Shown here: positions 1 to 10,912 of the stretch, in pieces
How the letters are laid out: each line of letters starts with the position of its first letter
Position numbering within the stretch: the stretch's first letter is position 1
Assembly (NCBI RefSeq): GCF_001194135.2
Contig: NC_068983.1
Coordinates: 56,521,284-56,572,799 of the forward strand
Source: Octopus bimaculoides
Lineage: Eukaryota
Reading direction: 5' to 3'
Length of the DNA: 51,516 nt
The notes under the pieces: model-generated
Databases searched by the model: none
Told to the model about the DNA's origin: nothing
What the model saw: only the letters and a program-made list of their open reading frames with translations
Translations under genes and position numbers: made by a program

Positions 1-200
1 ATATATATATATATATATATATAAAAGTTATATATATATATATATATAGATATATATATATATATATGCACAAAAATATATGTGCATAGTTATCTATATG
101 TATGTATATAAATACAGAATAAATATATGCATGGATATCTAACTGTCTATCTATAAATCTATGTATGTATGTATGTATGTATGTATCTATGTATCAATAC
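1..200. repeat. (TA)n / (TATG)n microsatellite tract
   Basis: Visible TA runs at 1-67 and TATG runs at about 162-192. Confidence 0.95.
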
Positions 201-216
201 TTACAATTTATAATCG

Positions 217-441
217 TGGCACTCCGTCGGTTACGATGGCGAGGGTTCCAGTTGATCCGATCAACGGAACATCCTGCTTGTGAAAAGTGTAAGTGGTTGA
301 GCACTCCACAGACACGTGTACCTTTAATGCAGTTCTCGGGGAGATTCAGCATGACACGGAGTGTGACAAGGCTGTCCCTTTCAAATACAGGCACAACAGA
401 AACAGGAAGAAAGAGTGAAAGTTGTAGTGAAAAAGTACAGC
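217..441 (-). mobile_element. SINE family A, 3' half
   Basis: 'tggcactccgtcggttacg...gatccgatcaacggaac...gtgtgacaaggctg' aligns with 49226-49380. That copy continues into a leftward-pointing tRNA-like head at 49440-49523. Confidence 0.8.
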
Positions 442-1404
442 ACGCTACCAAAATAGCACAAGCATTCAGTTATTCAGTTCCTTCAAAGTGGCACACATGT
501 CACTACGTCGACTGGATGGATTCTTTTACAAACATATTTTCAACTATTGACAAAGACCTTCTTTGATTTCATCTAGGTTGCCATTTAATCACTCGTTAGT
601 TACTGAAAGTTGTTGGTTTTACTTATCTGACACACGTCTACTATAGTCGTTTTCCTGCGCATGTTTCTCAGGAAAACACTTAACTTTCCCAAAGATTACG
701 TCAATTTGACGTTCTTTGTCCTTAAAGGAGAAATACAAGTGCACACGATCTATTTCAGTTCCTGCGCTACAGGTGGTAGAAAAGTAAATTTAAAATTGAA
801 TTCTTAAAATATATTTTAAAATATATTTGTAGTTTTAGATCAGCTTATCTTAGTTGAGTCATCTAAATGTTTCAATTCTATTTGTCTCTTTCCTTAGGCA
901 GTTTGCTTCTTGGTCCTTGTGTTAGACCGTCTTTGTTGCATTGTAAACGCCTAAACGTTTTTAAAAGCGTGGCACACGCATAAAAATATACTTGTCTTTG
1001 CAGAAGTCATCCATTGCACGTGCTATTCTTTCTGCTTTAATTAGCAATCACCATTATCGGTAAGATTGTCCACGAAGTAATTTTCATATGTCGACATTAA
1101 AATTAAAATTGATCTTCTTAATGCTGTTATTGCGGTTCATTTTAATGCGGTTATCGATGAAGTCATTATTGTTGACAATACAGATATTTGAGAAATTATA
1201 CTTAATATGCAGGGTTTTTTTTTCCAATCTGTTTCTCAGAAAGCAGACATTAACTTTTATTAATATAGGAATTACCTCATGGCATCGCTGCTGTTATATT
1301 CAAATGAGTTTCTTTTGTGTAGGTGGACAAAATAAAAACAAAATTTATTCTAAAACTGAAAAAAAAAAATGAATATTAAACTATATTAATAGTAAAGTTT
1401 TCTA

Positions 1405-1625
1405 CGTCGGCAAGTCGGCAAAACTGTTAGCAAGCCGGTCAAAATGTTTAGCAGCATTTGGTCCGTATTTACGTACTGCTTTCAAATTTCACTGATGTTG
1501 ACTTTGTCTTTCATCCTTTCGGAGTCAATACAATAAGTACCAGTTGAATACTGGAATCGATGTAATCGACGTAGCTCCCCCGCCCCACTCCAGAAATTGC
1601 TGGTCTTGTGCAAAAATTTGAAACT
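1405..1625 (+). mobile_element. tRNA-derived SINE family B (diverged)
   Basis: Shares 'ttcaaattt...gttgactttgtctttcatcctttcgg...ataagtaccagttg...ctggaatcgatgtaatcgac' with the copies at 41435 and 42361. Confidence 0.85.
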
Positions 1626-1659
1626 TGATATTAAACTTCTTAATATAATAATTATGGTT

Positions 1660-1800
1660 TTAGATTTTGGCACGCAGCTTGAATGGCTGAAAGGCATAAT
1701 CAACCACGGCGGAATTTGCGCTCGGAGCATAAAGAACCGGAAGAAATACAGCTAAGCATTTTGTCCGACGTACTGACTCTGCTGTCAGCTCGTCACCTTG
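1660..1800 (-). mobile_element. SINE family B, internally deleted, tail-to-tail with the copy at 1405-1625
   Basis: 'ggcggaatttg..ctcggagcataaag...gaaatacagctaagcattt...cagctcgtcacctt' is the reverse complement of the family B head. Confidence 0.75.
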
Positions 1801-2004
1801 GTATAATAATAACAATGGCTTAAGTTTTTGCCTCAAGAGTAACAGTGTTTTACGGATGGGCCTTACTTTATACCATCAACTTAGAAGTTCACTGGAATGT
1901 TGAAATGTTAAATCGTAGACCCTTAAACGATAAAAAGCAAACATGACTTTGCTTGTATTTGAGCTCAGAAAACATTACAGTAACGTATTTTTCAGGTTTA
2001 AACA

Positions 2005-2097
2005 AATAAGCACTAAAATCGATTCATTTGACTAATGTTCTTCAATGCGTTGCTCCAGCATGGCTGCAGTAAACTGACTGAAAAAAGATAAAAGATA
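2005..2097 (+). mobile_element. SINE family C, 3' tail fragment
   Basis: 'gctccagcatggctgcagt..tgactgaaaaaagataaaag' is the reverse complement of the tails at 8520-8560 and 34345-34390. Confidence 0.75.
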
Positions 2098-2709
2098 CGT
2101 GCATGATGATCACTCCATCTCTGTAGATGATAACCGTCTCCTTGTGTTTTGTTGTTTTTAATGCCTATTCAGGAGCTTATTCAGTTTCGTTGCAGATCTG
2201 CATTCTTCGAAGCATAGGTGACAGATGAAAGTTGTTATGCTTGCAACTGGTTAGCTCTGCACACATCGCAAATTCTCCACTGCCGTAGAACTCTCAGATG
2301 GGCTGATAAGTGACAGATGAAGACACCTTGAAGAGACGTCTACACGAAACTGGATTGTAGTGATAAGCGCTTGTAGAATACAACACAAGTACCATTCTCT
2401 AGGTTTCTTTAACTAGTATGTAATGACAGGTAGAATAGAAATGGCCAGTAATCGCATGAGACCACAGGTTTTACATTGTTCCACTAGAAGAATGCTGGTT
2501 CAGTACTTAGGGAGCACTCACTGCTAGTGGTTTATTGCGCACCTTGACAACAACCAAGGGTATTTCTGCGTCCCCGCACTGAGATGAATTGCCGTCACAT
2601 GCTAATTAACCCATAACTGGGACCGATATATGCGTTCAGGTCAGGGTTGGCTTGCAAACAATAGTGGCTAAAAGGTAACATATTCAGGGCATATACATAC
2701 ATACATACA

Positions 2710-2907
2710 TACGAAGGGGTGCTGAAAAATTCCTGGGATCAGTTGATTATAATTTTATCCAACATATTCCCCTCTCAGATTCACCTACTTATTGCAGCGC
2801 TCCTTCAGTTTTTCTAGGCCCTGTAAAAGAACTCGGAAGTCTGGCCTCCATCCAGGACTTTCGCGATACCCTTAATGCCAGAGACGTTTCATTTCCAGCG
2901 CCCTGTA
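2710..2907. mobile_element. mariner-type MITE (about 200 bp)
   Basis: Left end 'tacgaaggggtgctgaaaaattcctgg'; degenerate inverted right end 'gccagagacgtttc...cagcgccctgta'. TA at both termini and no ORF. Confidence 0.65.
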
Positions 2908-2929
2908 TATATATATATATATATATATG

Positions 2930-3860
2930 GTCTTAGAATTTTCGGGTATGTAATTACGAGGTTCTCCAAATCGAATGTTTTCTTTTCTGAATATGTATTA
3001 GTATTTCTTCACTGTGACCAATTAAATTTCATAGAGTATATTATTGTCCTGCAACTTCCATATAGTCGAGAAATCAATTATTGCATTTCGTCTTTCTTCG
3101 TTATGACACTGAACATTTTTATAGAATAGTGTTTTTGAGCTATTAACTGATAGCTATATTATATTTGTGCCTTTTGTAAGCATTCCTATTTTATATACTA
3201 AGTTGGAAAATAGAATTTAGTGGAACACAATAGAATTCCTACAAGTACAGTTATTAGGATTATTATCTCAACTTATAATTAATTTCGATAAATTAGATTA
3301 CGTTGTTCTTTGGGATAGGTTAAATATAGTTGACTAGGGGAGTTTAAAGGTGATTTTATTACAAATTATATAAAAATTCTATAGAATTCTACAGAAAACG
3401 TGTGCTTATAATGTGCCCTTAGTATACTGTGGGGAAGGTTGTATCGCTCGATATGATTTCGTCGATTTCAGTTTTTCCTCCTACTATCAAATCTTAGCTG
3501 CGAACAAGCTTCGATCTAGAATCCCATAATAATTCAATAAATAGGCTTAATACATTTGTTTAGACTTTTCTTAAACTTGCTGTTCCCTATCAAGGAAAAA
3601 ATGTCATATGAAATGCTGTTATGTAATGAATTCCCGACTTAATTTTAAAACCAAATGTATTGTCTGTCAAAATGATAGTCTTCCCGTCACATATGTTTGA
3701 TTTACGAATCGGATTTTCTCCTTCAAATACTTGAAGTCTATTTTATTTTCCATAGCTGAAGCTGCAATATTTTTGTAGATATTCTCAAATGTTGCATTCT
3801 ATATTGGAAATTCAATTTACAGTACTTCATTTGATATCTATGCTCTATTATATTTTTTGC
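2930..3860 (-). pseudogene. Heavily decayed Penelope-like reverse transcriptase fossil
   Basis: Manual minus-strand translation across stops and frameshifts gives FENIYKNI, KTIILTDNTFGF, GTA and PIY*IIMGF*IE. The order matches PLE RT blocks of the type FDV.SLYTNI / IILENN.F.F / GTAMG / P.YANL.MGFLE. No intact YxDD seen. Confidence 0.5.
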
Positions 3861-4703
3861 GATTTTCTATCGGAAAGCCATATATTACTGTTTAATAAAG
3901 GACGAAAAACATTAGAAGAATAGGATGTATATTCTAACAGAATGCGGAATTTCCTTTTAGCTTCACATCACGCCTTAGCATATTACTTTTACAGAGCAGA
4001 ATTACAAAACAAAAAAGTTATGAAAGAAAAAGCGGGAAAGTTGTACCGTAATGAATATTCTTAGCCGTTATAAAAATCAATAAGTCAAACTGCAAGTTTT
4101 ATATTCATTCTAATAATGGTCAAATGTCCAAAAATATAACATTTGAATCAAGGCGTTCCATTGATAATTGACAGATGGACAGTAGGACAATTGAAATAGA
4201 ATTCAATTGAAATGAAATATCCAGAAACAGAAATAGAATATGGAATATGAGATACGCATCTTGAATATGTTATCTGAAGGAGCGGTTAATTAGTTTTAAG
4301 CGTCAGTATTTGTCAATATATCGATCAGCGAATAAAACAATATGTAAACCATTTATTCAAAACTTAGATGAAAGAGTAAAATTACATGGTTTGTTGCACT
4401 AAATATGAACTATATCTCGTAGCCGACATTATTCTAGTTATTCCGTTAACAGCTTTTAAACTATGAAAATTTGAAAAACGATACATATTGGTTATTTAAA
4501 GAATAATTGATCGAATTAGATATTTTCTAGAAATAAGCTAGACAGTTTATCCAAGTTAATGTAGCTAGCTACCTCGTTTATTTTTTAAATGTTTTTAGCT
4601 TCTGGTATACTGTTCTTAAGATGTTTTATTCTCTGTTCAAATAACCTAGATGAATAATAACCAAAGTATAATGACACACTTGAATATTTTGTATAAAATA
4701 CCA

Positions 4704-5075
4704 TTGTCACCCCCGCCTTAGCGAAGGCGGAGGTATTGTTTTCAGTCGTGTTTGTTTGTTTGTTTGCTTGTCTGTCCGTAGACAAGATATCTTAAATACC
4801 GATCGATAGATTTGAATGAAAATTTCAGGGATGTTTGGCGTCGTAACTGGCACGAACTGATTAGTTTTGGGGATCGACAAGGATTCTGGATTATTTTCTC
4901 TGATTCTTTTACTTAATTTTTGAGAGCGGTCAGGTTCATTTTTAGTATTCTCGTTTGTGAGAGCAGTCGAATTTATTTCAGATATTCTCATTTCAAAAAT
5001 ATCATCTTCGGCTAATCGTTGAGAGGACGTAGGTGTTTCGTTGGCCGAGGTTTGCGCTCTCTGAGAGCTCTTGTT
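4704..5075. mobile_element. Non-autonomous Helentron-type element (HINE/DINE-1-like)
   Basis: 5' 'cacccccgcc' with nearby inverted partner 'ggcggaggt' (4726-4734), a (GTTT)n microsatellite, a 3' subterminal repeat 'ggccgaggt' (5043-5051), the hairpin 'gctct-ctg-agagc' and T-rich ends. This is the known HINE layout. Confidence 0.8.
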
Positions 5076-5897
5076 ATATATTTTAATGATTTATTTTCTT
5101 TGGGACCATGTATTGCGGAATGCAAGTTGAAAAGATATAGTGAAACTTGACAGCAGTCTGAAGTGCGGTACATTGTGCAACTTTACGTGTTGAATTGGAT
5201 ACCAAACTCGTTGGGGTAGATATTGGTGCCGCATATTTTCATGGTTCAGCTCCGTATAGTGCTGCTGGTTTAGCAAACTCAAGCCATATGAACAGTCACG
5301 CCATGGAATAATTCTGAAAAAATGGGGTGATGGTCTTCAAAGAAACTGGCCTAACTATATGAATTGCTACCAGCTTAACTAAACCTAGACCTGGGGAGGA
5401 GCAAATACTATTTCTGCAGAAAGCTCACGGAGGAGACTGAATATAATAAACGCTCCAAATACCTTGGCCAACTCTAATAAGAAATCTAGTCACAAATACC
5501 AGTTGAAGAATATTTAATCTGTCAGCAGACAGTGCTGCACCTCATAATAATGTGAGGAGTGATTTTACTGATATATGGAAGACATCCTACTGCCACACAC
5601 AAAGCTGAAAACAATGAGAAAGAGAATCTTAATCTGTTTTAATCTTCTATTCAACTTAAAGTTTTCAGTCAATGTAGCTATAGATCCTTGACGCTAATTA
5701 AAAGCGTTTTCCTGAGTAGGCATACAGACCTTTTGATACCCATAAGGACAAGGTTAGTTACTAATGTCTAGATAATATGAATTCAAACATAATATACTAC
5801 ATATTCGCAAGCACACTCTTACACAGCCCTCCGAAAACATACCAAGTACCTATTGCAAGGCTCGCGCATTTCGAAAGCTTTAATCTACAGAGCCATC

Positions 5898-6462
5898 TCA
5901 AACCCAAATATGACATGACAATGATTTAAAGAGAAGTAATGCCTGACTCATACAAGAATATTTTAGGATGGGGAAAACTCCATCCTGTTGTGGTGCTTCA
6001 TCTGGAGACACTTTGATAGCTTCATTTGTGGAGATCATCGATAGGACGTTTGCAACATTTAATGGTACATCCTTGAAAGCAGTCTTCAGACTGAACTGAG
6101 GATCGTGATTACCACTTCTGTCTCCGTGAAAAGAGTGGCACATACTCCACCAGCCCGCAGTCTACATCAAAAGGGAGAATGGGATATCTTATTGCCGTCA
6201 GGAGTACATCCACACAAGGGCATGTTATACAATCCTTGCCGTTAGTATAAACTACAAACTACACGTTAGTCACGCGATCTCAACTGTACAAAATGGTTAC
6301 TTCACGTACTTTGTACTTTGAATACTTTACCGTCCCTAATGAGTTCAAAGTACACAGAATGATAACTGAGTGATTGCTACTAACCTTTCGACTACCCTGA
6401 CGCATGCGATACCCAATACGAGGATGTGGTGTCGCTGGATATACCCGACGGCAGACTGACAT
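5898..6462 (-). CDS. Speculative two-exon ORF join(6385..6462,5898..6161), 113 aa, unknown; may be non-coding or chance
   Basis: Donor AAG|GTTAGT (6385/6384) and acceptor ttctcccttttgatgtag|ACT (6162/6161) join MSVCRR...GSRK to TAGWWSMCH... in frame. No recognisable domain. Confidence 0.2.
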
Positions 6463-6646
6463 TAAAGTGAAGCTACGTCCTGCTTACATCCTGTCCGTAA
6501 CACATAAACCTAAACATAAAAAAAATAATAAGGCATGTCCTTTCGATAGCACCACAGCCACGTAATCTGGGCTGACGAACAGAGGCTGAAACACCTATAA
6601 TTAAATTTGAATTTGTTTTCAACTCTCTTATTCTGTCTTGGAACAG

Positions 6647-6710
6647 ATGACGAAGCGAACGTGTCCAATGCTCACGTAACTTCATGTAATAAAGAACTGA
6701 GTGCAAACTT
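6647..6710 (+). other. Candidate 64-bp internal exon (phase 1 to 2)
   Basis: Acceptor ctctcttattctgtcttggaacag; one open frame (xDEANVSNAHVTSCNKELSANL); donor TT|GTAAGT, but the donor is the start of a (GTAA)n microsatellite. Confidence 0.15.
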
Positions 6711-7730
6711 GTAAGTAAGTAAGTAAGTAAGTAAGTATGTATGTATGTATGTATGTATGTATGTACGTACGTATGCGAGTCTGTGAATATGTGTTTGTGT
6801 GGATATATCGATTAACTAGGAGTAATAATGAATTGATATATCAGTGATATAAGGTTACGTGTTAACGAGGAAAATATAACGGCAACTGGCTGCTTATTAA
6901 TATGAATATTACGGATAATAGATGTTTGTTGTATCAGCTTTAATATTTGTATTGCTTTATCTTCAAGAAGTTTGATAGAAGTCGAGAAAAAGAGATGGAA
7001 GATAAATATTTACTTTCAATTAGTAGATCAAAGGAATGAAACATTTTGCTGTCACATAATTAGCATGATTTTTTTCCCTTCATCCACATATCACATCAGC
7101 ATTTGTGAATGGATGCATTTATGCAAGCTTGCACCTATTTACGTACCCGCATGAACAGACACAAACACACACATACAGGCACAAACAAGCATCAGCACAC
7201 ATAAACGCGTACATCTGCACTTTCGGTCTACGCAGTAGTTTCTCCTGTACATACAGAAAAGCTCGTATTTGTACAGCTACTTGATGCATGTGGCTTAATA
7301 ATTAATAATTAAGATGTTCGGCTCACAATCATAAGGTGTCTGGTCAGTACTTGGAGCGTGAGGTGCATTGTGTCTCTAATCAAGGTATTCCATGACTCGT
7401 TGCTCGAATGTACTAAGCTGTAACGAGTACCAACCAGATGCTGGAGTAGTCTTCTCTTCTTCATGGTGTTACATCATGTATTGTCCGACATGTTAAGATG
7501 AACAACAGTGTGCCTCGCCTGGTCGCAACTATGTAAAAACGCAGAGCAAATATCGAAAGCAAAGCACAAGATTCGAAATCATATTCGCTTGCTAATGATG
7601 CTTGGTTGCACACTAATGTATGCCTAAAATAGTGTTGTCTGTATTGATATCCACAACTGAACACTTTTACACGCACACACGCACACTCGTCTCGCTCACA
7701 CTCACACGTGCACACATATATATATTCTTT

Positions 7731-7865
7731 TAATCCTTCATTTGTTTCAGTCGAGCAAATCGAACCCAGGATTTATGCTTTTACCGAACTTCTAATTTAC
7801 GCGCTACCATCGGTTTTCAAGCAATGTTGGGGGGACAAACGCAGACGCACAAACACACATGCATG
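7731..7865 (-). mobile_element. SINE family C 3' part with internal deletions, running into a gap
   Basis: 'gtttcagtcgagcaaatcgaacccagg...catcggttttcaagcaatgttggggggacaaac' matches 8530-8710 and 34350-34530. Confidence 0.8.
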
Positions 7866-8470
7866 NNNNNNNNNNNNNNNNNNNNNNNNNNNNNNNNNNN
7901 NNNNNNNNNNNNNNNNNNNNNNNNNNNNNNNNNNNNNNNNNNNNNNNNNNNNNNNNNNNNNNNNNNNNNNNNNNNNNNNNNNNNNNNNNNNNNNNNNNNN
8001 NNNNNNNNNNNNNNNNNNNNNNNNNNNNNNNNNNNNNNNNNNNNNNNNNNNNNNNNNNNNNNNNNNNNNNNNNNNNNNNNNNNNNNNNNNNNNNNNNNNN
8101 NNNNNNNNNNNNNNNNNNNNNNNNNNNNNNNNNNNNNNNNNNNNNNNNNNNNNNNNNNNNNNNNNNNNNNNNNNNNNNNNNNNNNNNNNNNNNNNNNNNN
8201 NNNNNNNNNNNNNNNNNNNNNNNNNNNNNNNNNNNNNNNNNNNNNNNNNNNNNNNNNNNNNNNNNNNNNNNNNNNNNNNNNNNNNNNNNNNNNNNNNNNN
8301 NNNNNNNNNNNNNNNNNNNNNNNNNNNNNNNNNNNNNNNNNNNNNNNNNNNNNNNNNNNNNNNNNNNNNNNNNNNNNNNNNNNNNNNNNNNNNNNNNNNN
8401 NNNNNNNNNNNNNNNNNNNNNNNNNNNNNNNNNNNNNNNNNNNNNNNNNNNNNNNNNNNNNNNNNNNNNN

Positions 8471-8510
<40 letters not shown>

Positions 8511-8512
<2 letters not shown>

Positions 8513-8908
8513 TCTCTTATTCTTTTATTTGTTTCAGTCATTTCACTGCCGCCATGCTGGAGCACCGCTTTTAGTCGAACAAATCGATCCCAGGACTTAT
8601 TCTTTGTAAGCCTAGCATTTATTCTATCGGTCTCTTTGGCTGAACTGCTTAGCTACCGAGATGTAAACACATCAACATCGGTTGTCAAGCGATGGTAGGT
8701 GGTCAAACATACACTCACACACACACACACACTTACATGTATGTACATATACGACAGGTTTCTTTCAGTTTCTGTCCACCAAATCCACTCAGAAGGCTTT
8801 GATCAGCCCGAAGCTATTGTAGAAGACACTTGCCTAAGGTGCCATGCAGTAGAACTCAACCCGGAGCCATGTGGTTGGTAAGCAAGCTACTTACCACAGA
8901 GCCACTCC
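8511..8908 (-). mobile_element. Full-length SINE family C (tRNA head, central domain, internal CA/TA microsatellite, 3' tail); resembles octopus OR-type/CORE SINEs
   Basis: The reverse complement starts 'ggagtggctctgtggtaagtagc...ggctccgggttgagttc...gcaccttaggcaagtgtctt' (A/B-box-like, with a MIR-like 'ccttrggcaagt'). Six further partial or full copies are in the window. Confidence 0.85.
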
Positions 8909-8914
8909 CCTGTG

Positions 8915-8949
<35 letters not shown>

Positions 8950-10016
8950 AATGGATGTCTTATAAAACTATTCCGCACATACAAATACCGCCATACCAAC
9001 AATACAACATACCTCCATCATCCGCTGTCCCACAGGTATCACCATGGTTTCGACATATACTTATATGCGTGCGTGTATGTAAAAAGAGTTCAGTTGTGGA
9101 CATCGATACAAACGTTATGTATGTATTATATTATACTGTGTTTTATTATATTACATCATGCTTCATTAAGGTGATAAAGCTATAAATTGCGATGTGTCAC
9201 GCCATTTTTTTTCTTTTTTGTTACATTTCAATTATATTTAATATATTTTTGATACTGCTTAATGCCTTCAAGGTGATAAATGTAAAAAATTTAAAAAAAT
9301 TGAAATTATAAATTTTATTCTTTTTTAATTCTATATTTGTCATCTTAATAAGATACAAATTCTGATGTGTTTTAACAACAAATCAAAGCGTGTACTCATT
9401 GACAGGGAAAATACATGCTTCGTTTCTCTCCGTCCAAACAAGATCAATAATTATCTTCAACATGTGGCTGTGTTTCTTTTCTGTAATTAGCTATATATAC
9501 CCGTTGCACTTTTTCTCTTTCCATCTACCACCCTTCTCTCTCTTTACCTCATTATTTCTCCATGTTTTTCTTGTCCTCTTGTGTATATCACTTGTGAATC
9601 TCTTTTTTTTTATTTCGTATTTGTTCTATGTCTATGGTTCAACTCAATATATATATATAATAGTACAGTCGCCTTCCTCTCAGCCCTGCGTCTTATGCTT
9701 CTCAGTTGGTTACTTCAGTTATTATTTGTTTCTTATTACATTACACACAACACTTAATCGCTTCCTTCCTCCACTCCAGTAACTCATTCTCTACGCTTTC
9801 CTTCTTACAATCGCATCTCTTATCCAACTCTATTCACCTTTCAGCAAAGCCAATTCCATTTACTTCAATCTCCTTCCGCTTTTCTTCTGTTTGTGTCTCC
9901 TTTTTCTATCGGAATTCCTGTGATTTCTGATTCTTACTGTCTCTCTATTTAAAGATTATATGTAATTGAATATTTGTAAAAATATAATTTTATATCGTGA
10001 AGTATATTTGCCACCT

Positions 10017-10090
10017 CAGAACGTAATGATGGGAGAAATACCGCTAAGCATTACGCCTGGCGTGCTAACGTTTTTGCCAGCTCGCCGCCT
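10017..10090 (-). mobile_element. SINE family B 5' head fragment
   Basis: 'cagaacgt...gaaataccgctaagcatt..gcctggcgtgctaacgtttttgccagctcgccgcct' closely matches 47494-47567. Confidence 0.85.
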
Positions 10091-10208
10091 AATAGGATCA
10101 TGATATTGCCTTACTTGTAGGTAAGATACTTGTGAGACGTTTATTGAATCGTTCACAGATATGATCCATCATTACCCCAGAAACTGAATGCAGATTCAGA
10201 TCTAGAAA

Positions 10209-10296
<88 letters not shown>

Positions 10297-10383
10297 CTTG
10301 GGCCTCCAGCCAGTGTTTTCGCAATATCCTCAAACCCAGGAACTGTTCAGCAACTCCTTGTATATCAAGATAACAATTATAAT

Positions 10384-10912
10384 ATCGTGAAATATATTTG
10401 CCACCTAAATGCGGCTAACCCTTAAGTGTTGATGCTACAGTAGCTTATAACACTAGGAAGGCATCTCTTTCAGCTGACTATTGACACACTATCTGTGCCC
10501 GATCAGTATTTGCAAAGGGAAGTCATCGATCCCATCTCCAGCCAGACGTGATACACACGGACCCGAGTTTCTGAGTATTGACCTGTCATCACCGTGTGAC
10601 AACTACCGGTTGGTGTTGGGAAGTGGTTCTCAATGCAAATATATATACGAAAAGTCACTGATCTCGAAAAAGTGGAAGCGAGCAATAATAAATCTCTGAG
10701 CGAGATATAAACAGTAGCCGCACGACATCGTGAAGTATATTTGATAGGACACAGACAGTGTGTTTGTTAGTAACCAGCTGGAGGAGATGTCGTCTTGGGG
10801 CTACAAGCTACAGTAGCGTCAACCCTTAAGGGTAAGCCACATTTAGGTGGCAAATATACTTCACGATGTCGTGAAGTTAATGTTTATGCCAAGCTCAGAG
10901 TTTTATTATTGC
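10384..10912 (-). mobile_element. Foldback insertion with central degenerate hammerhead (element 1, 529 bp, 7-bp TSD TTATAAT)
   Basis: TTATAAT at 10377-10383 and 10913-10919. Inverted repeats 10384-10504/10743-10867 and 10681-10743/10851-10913. Inner imperfect hairpin at about 10507-10637. Confidence 0.75.
10554..10598 (-). ncRNA. Degenerate type I hammerhead ribozyme motif (probably inactive)
   Basis: Minus strand reads CACACG-GUGAUGA-CAGGUCAAUACUCA-GAAAC-UCGG-GUC^-CGUGUG. Stem I is intact and GAAAC..GUC is intact. C3 is replaced by G and stem II is disrupted. Confidence 0.55.

Noticed and set aside
1004-1059. 56-bp plus-strand exon-like segment; similar candidates at 28505-28676 (+) and 21123-21177 (-)
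   Set aside because: Splice-like signals of this quality are expected by chance in about 45 kb of AT-rich DNA. The 21.1-kb one has stops in all frames.
2296-2352. Hammerhead-like fragments (cagatgaagac...gtct..cgaaac); similar traces at about 35150-35185, 41891-41935, 43100-43130 and 43280-43310
   Set aside because: Core nucleotides or stems are missing in each; too degenerate to call, though they may be old PLE remnants.
5150-5310. VGVDIGAAYFHG peptide resembling a copia RT or RNase H-like motif
   Set aside because: Short open frame with no second motif at the expected spacing.
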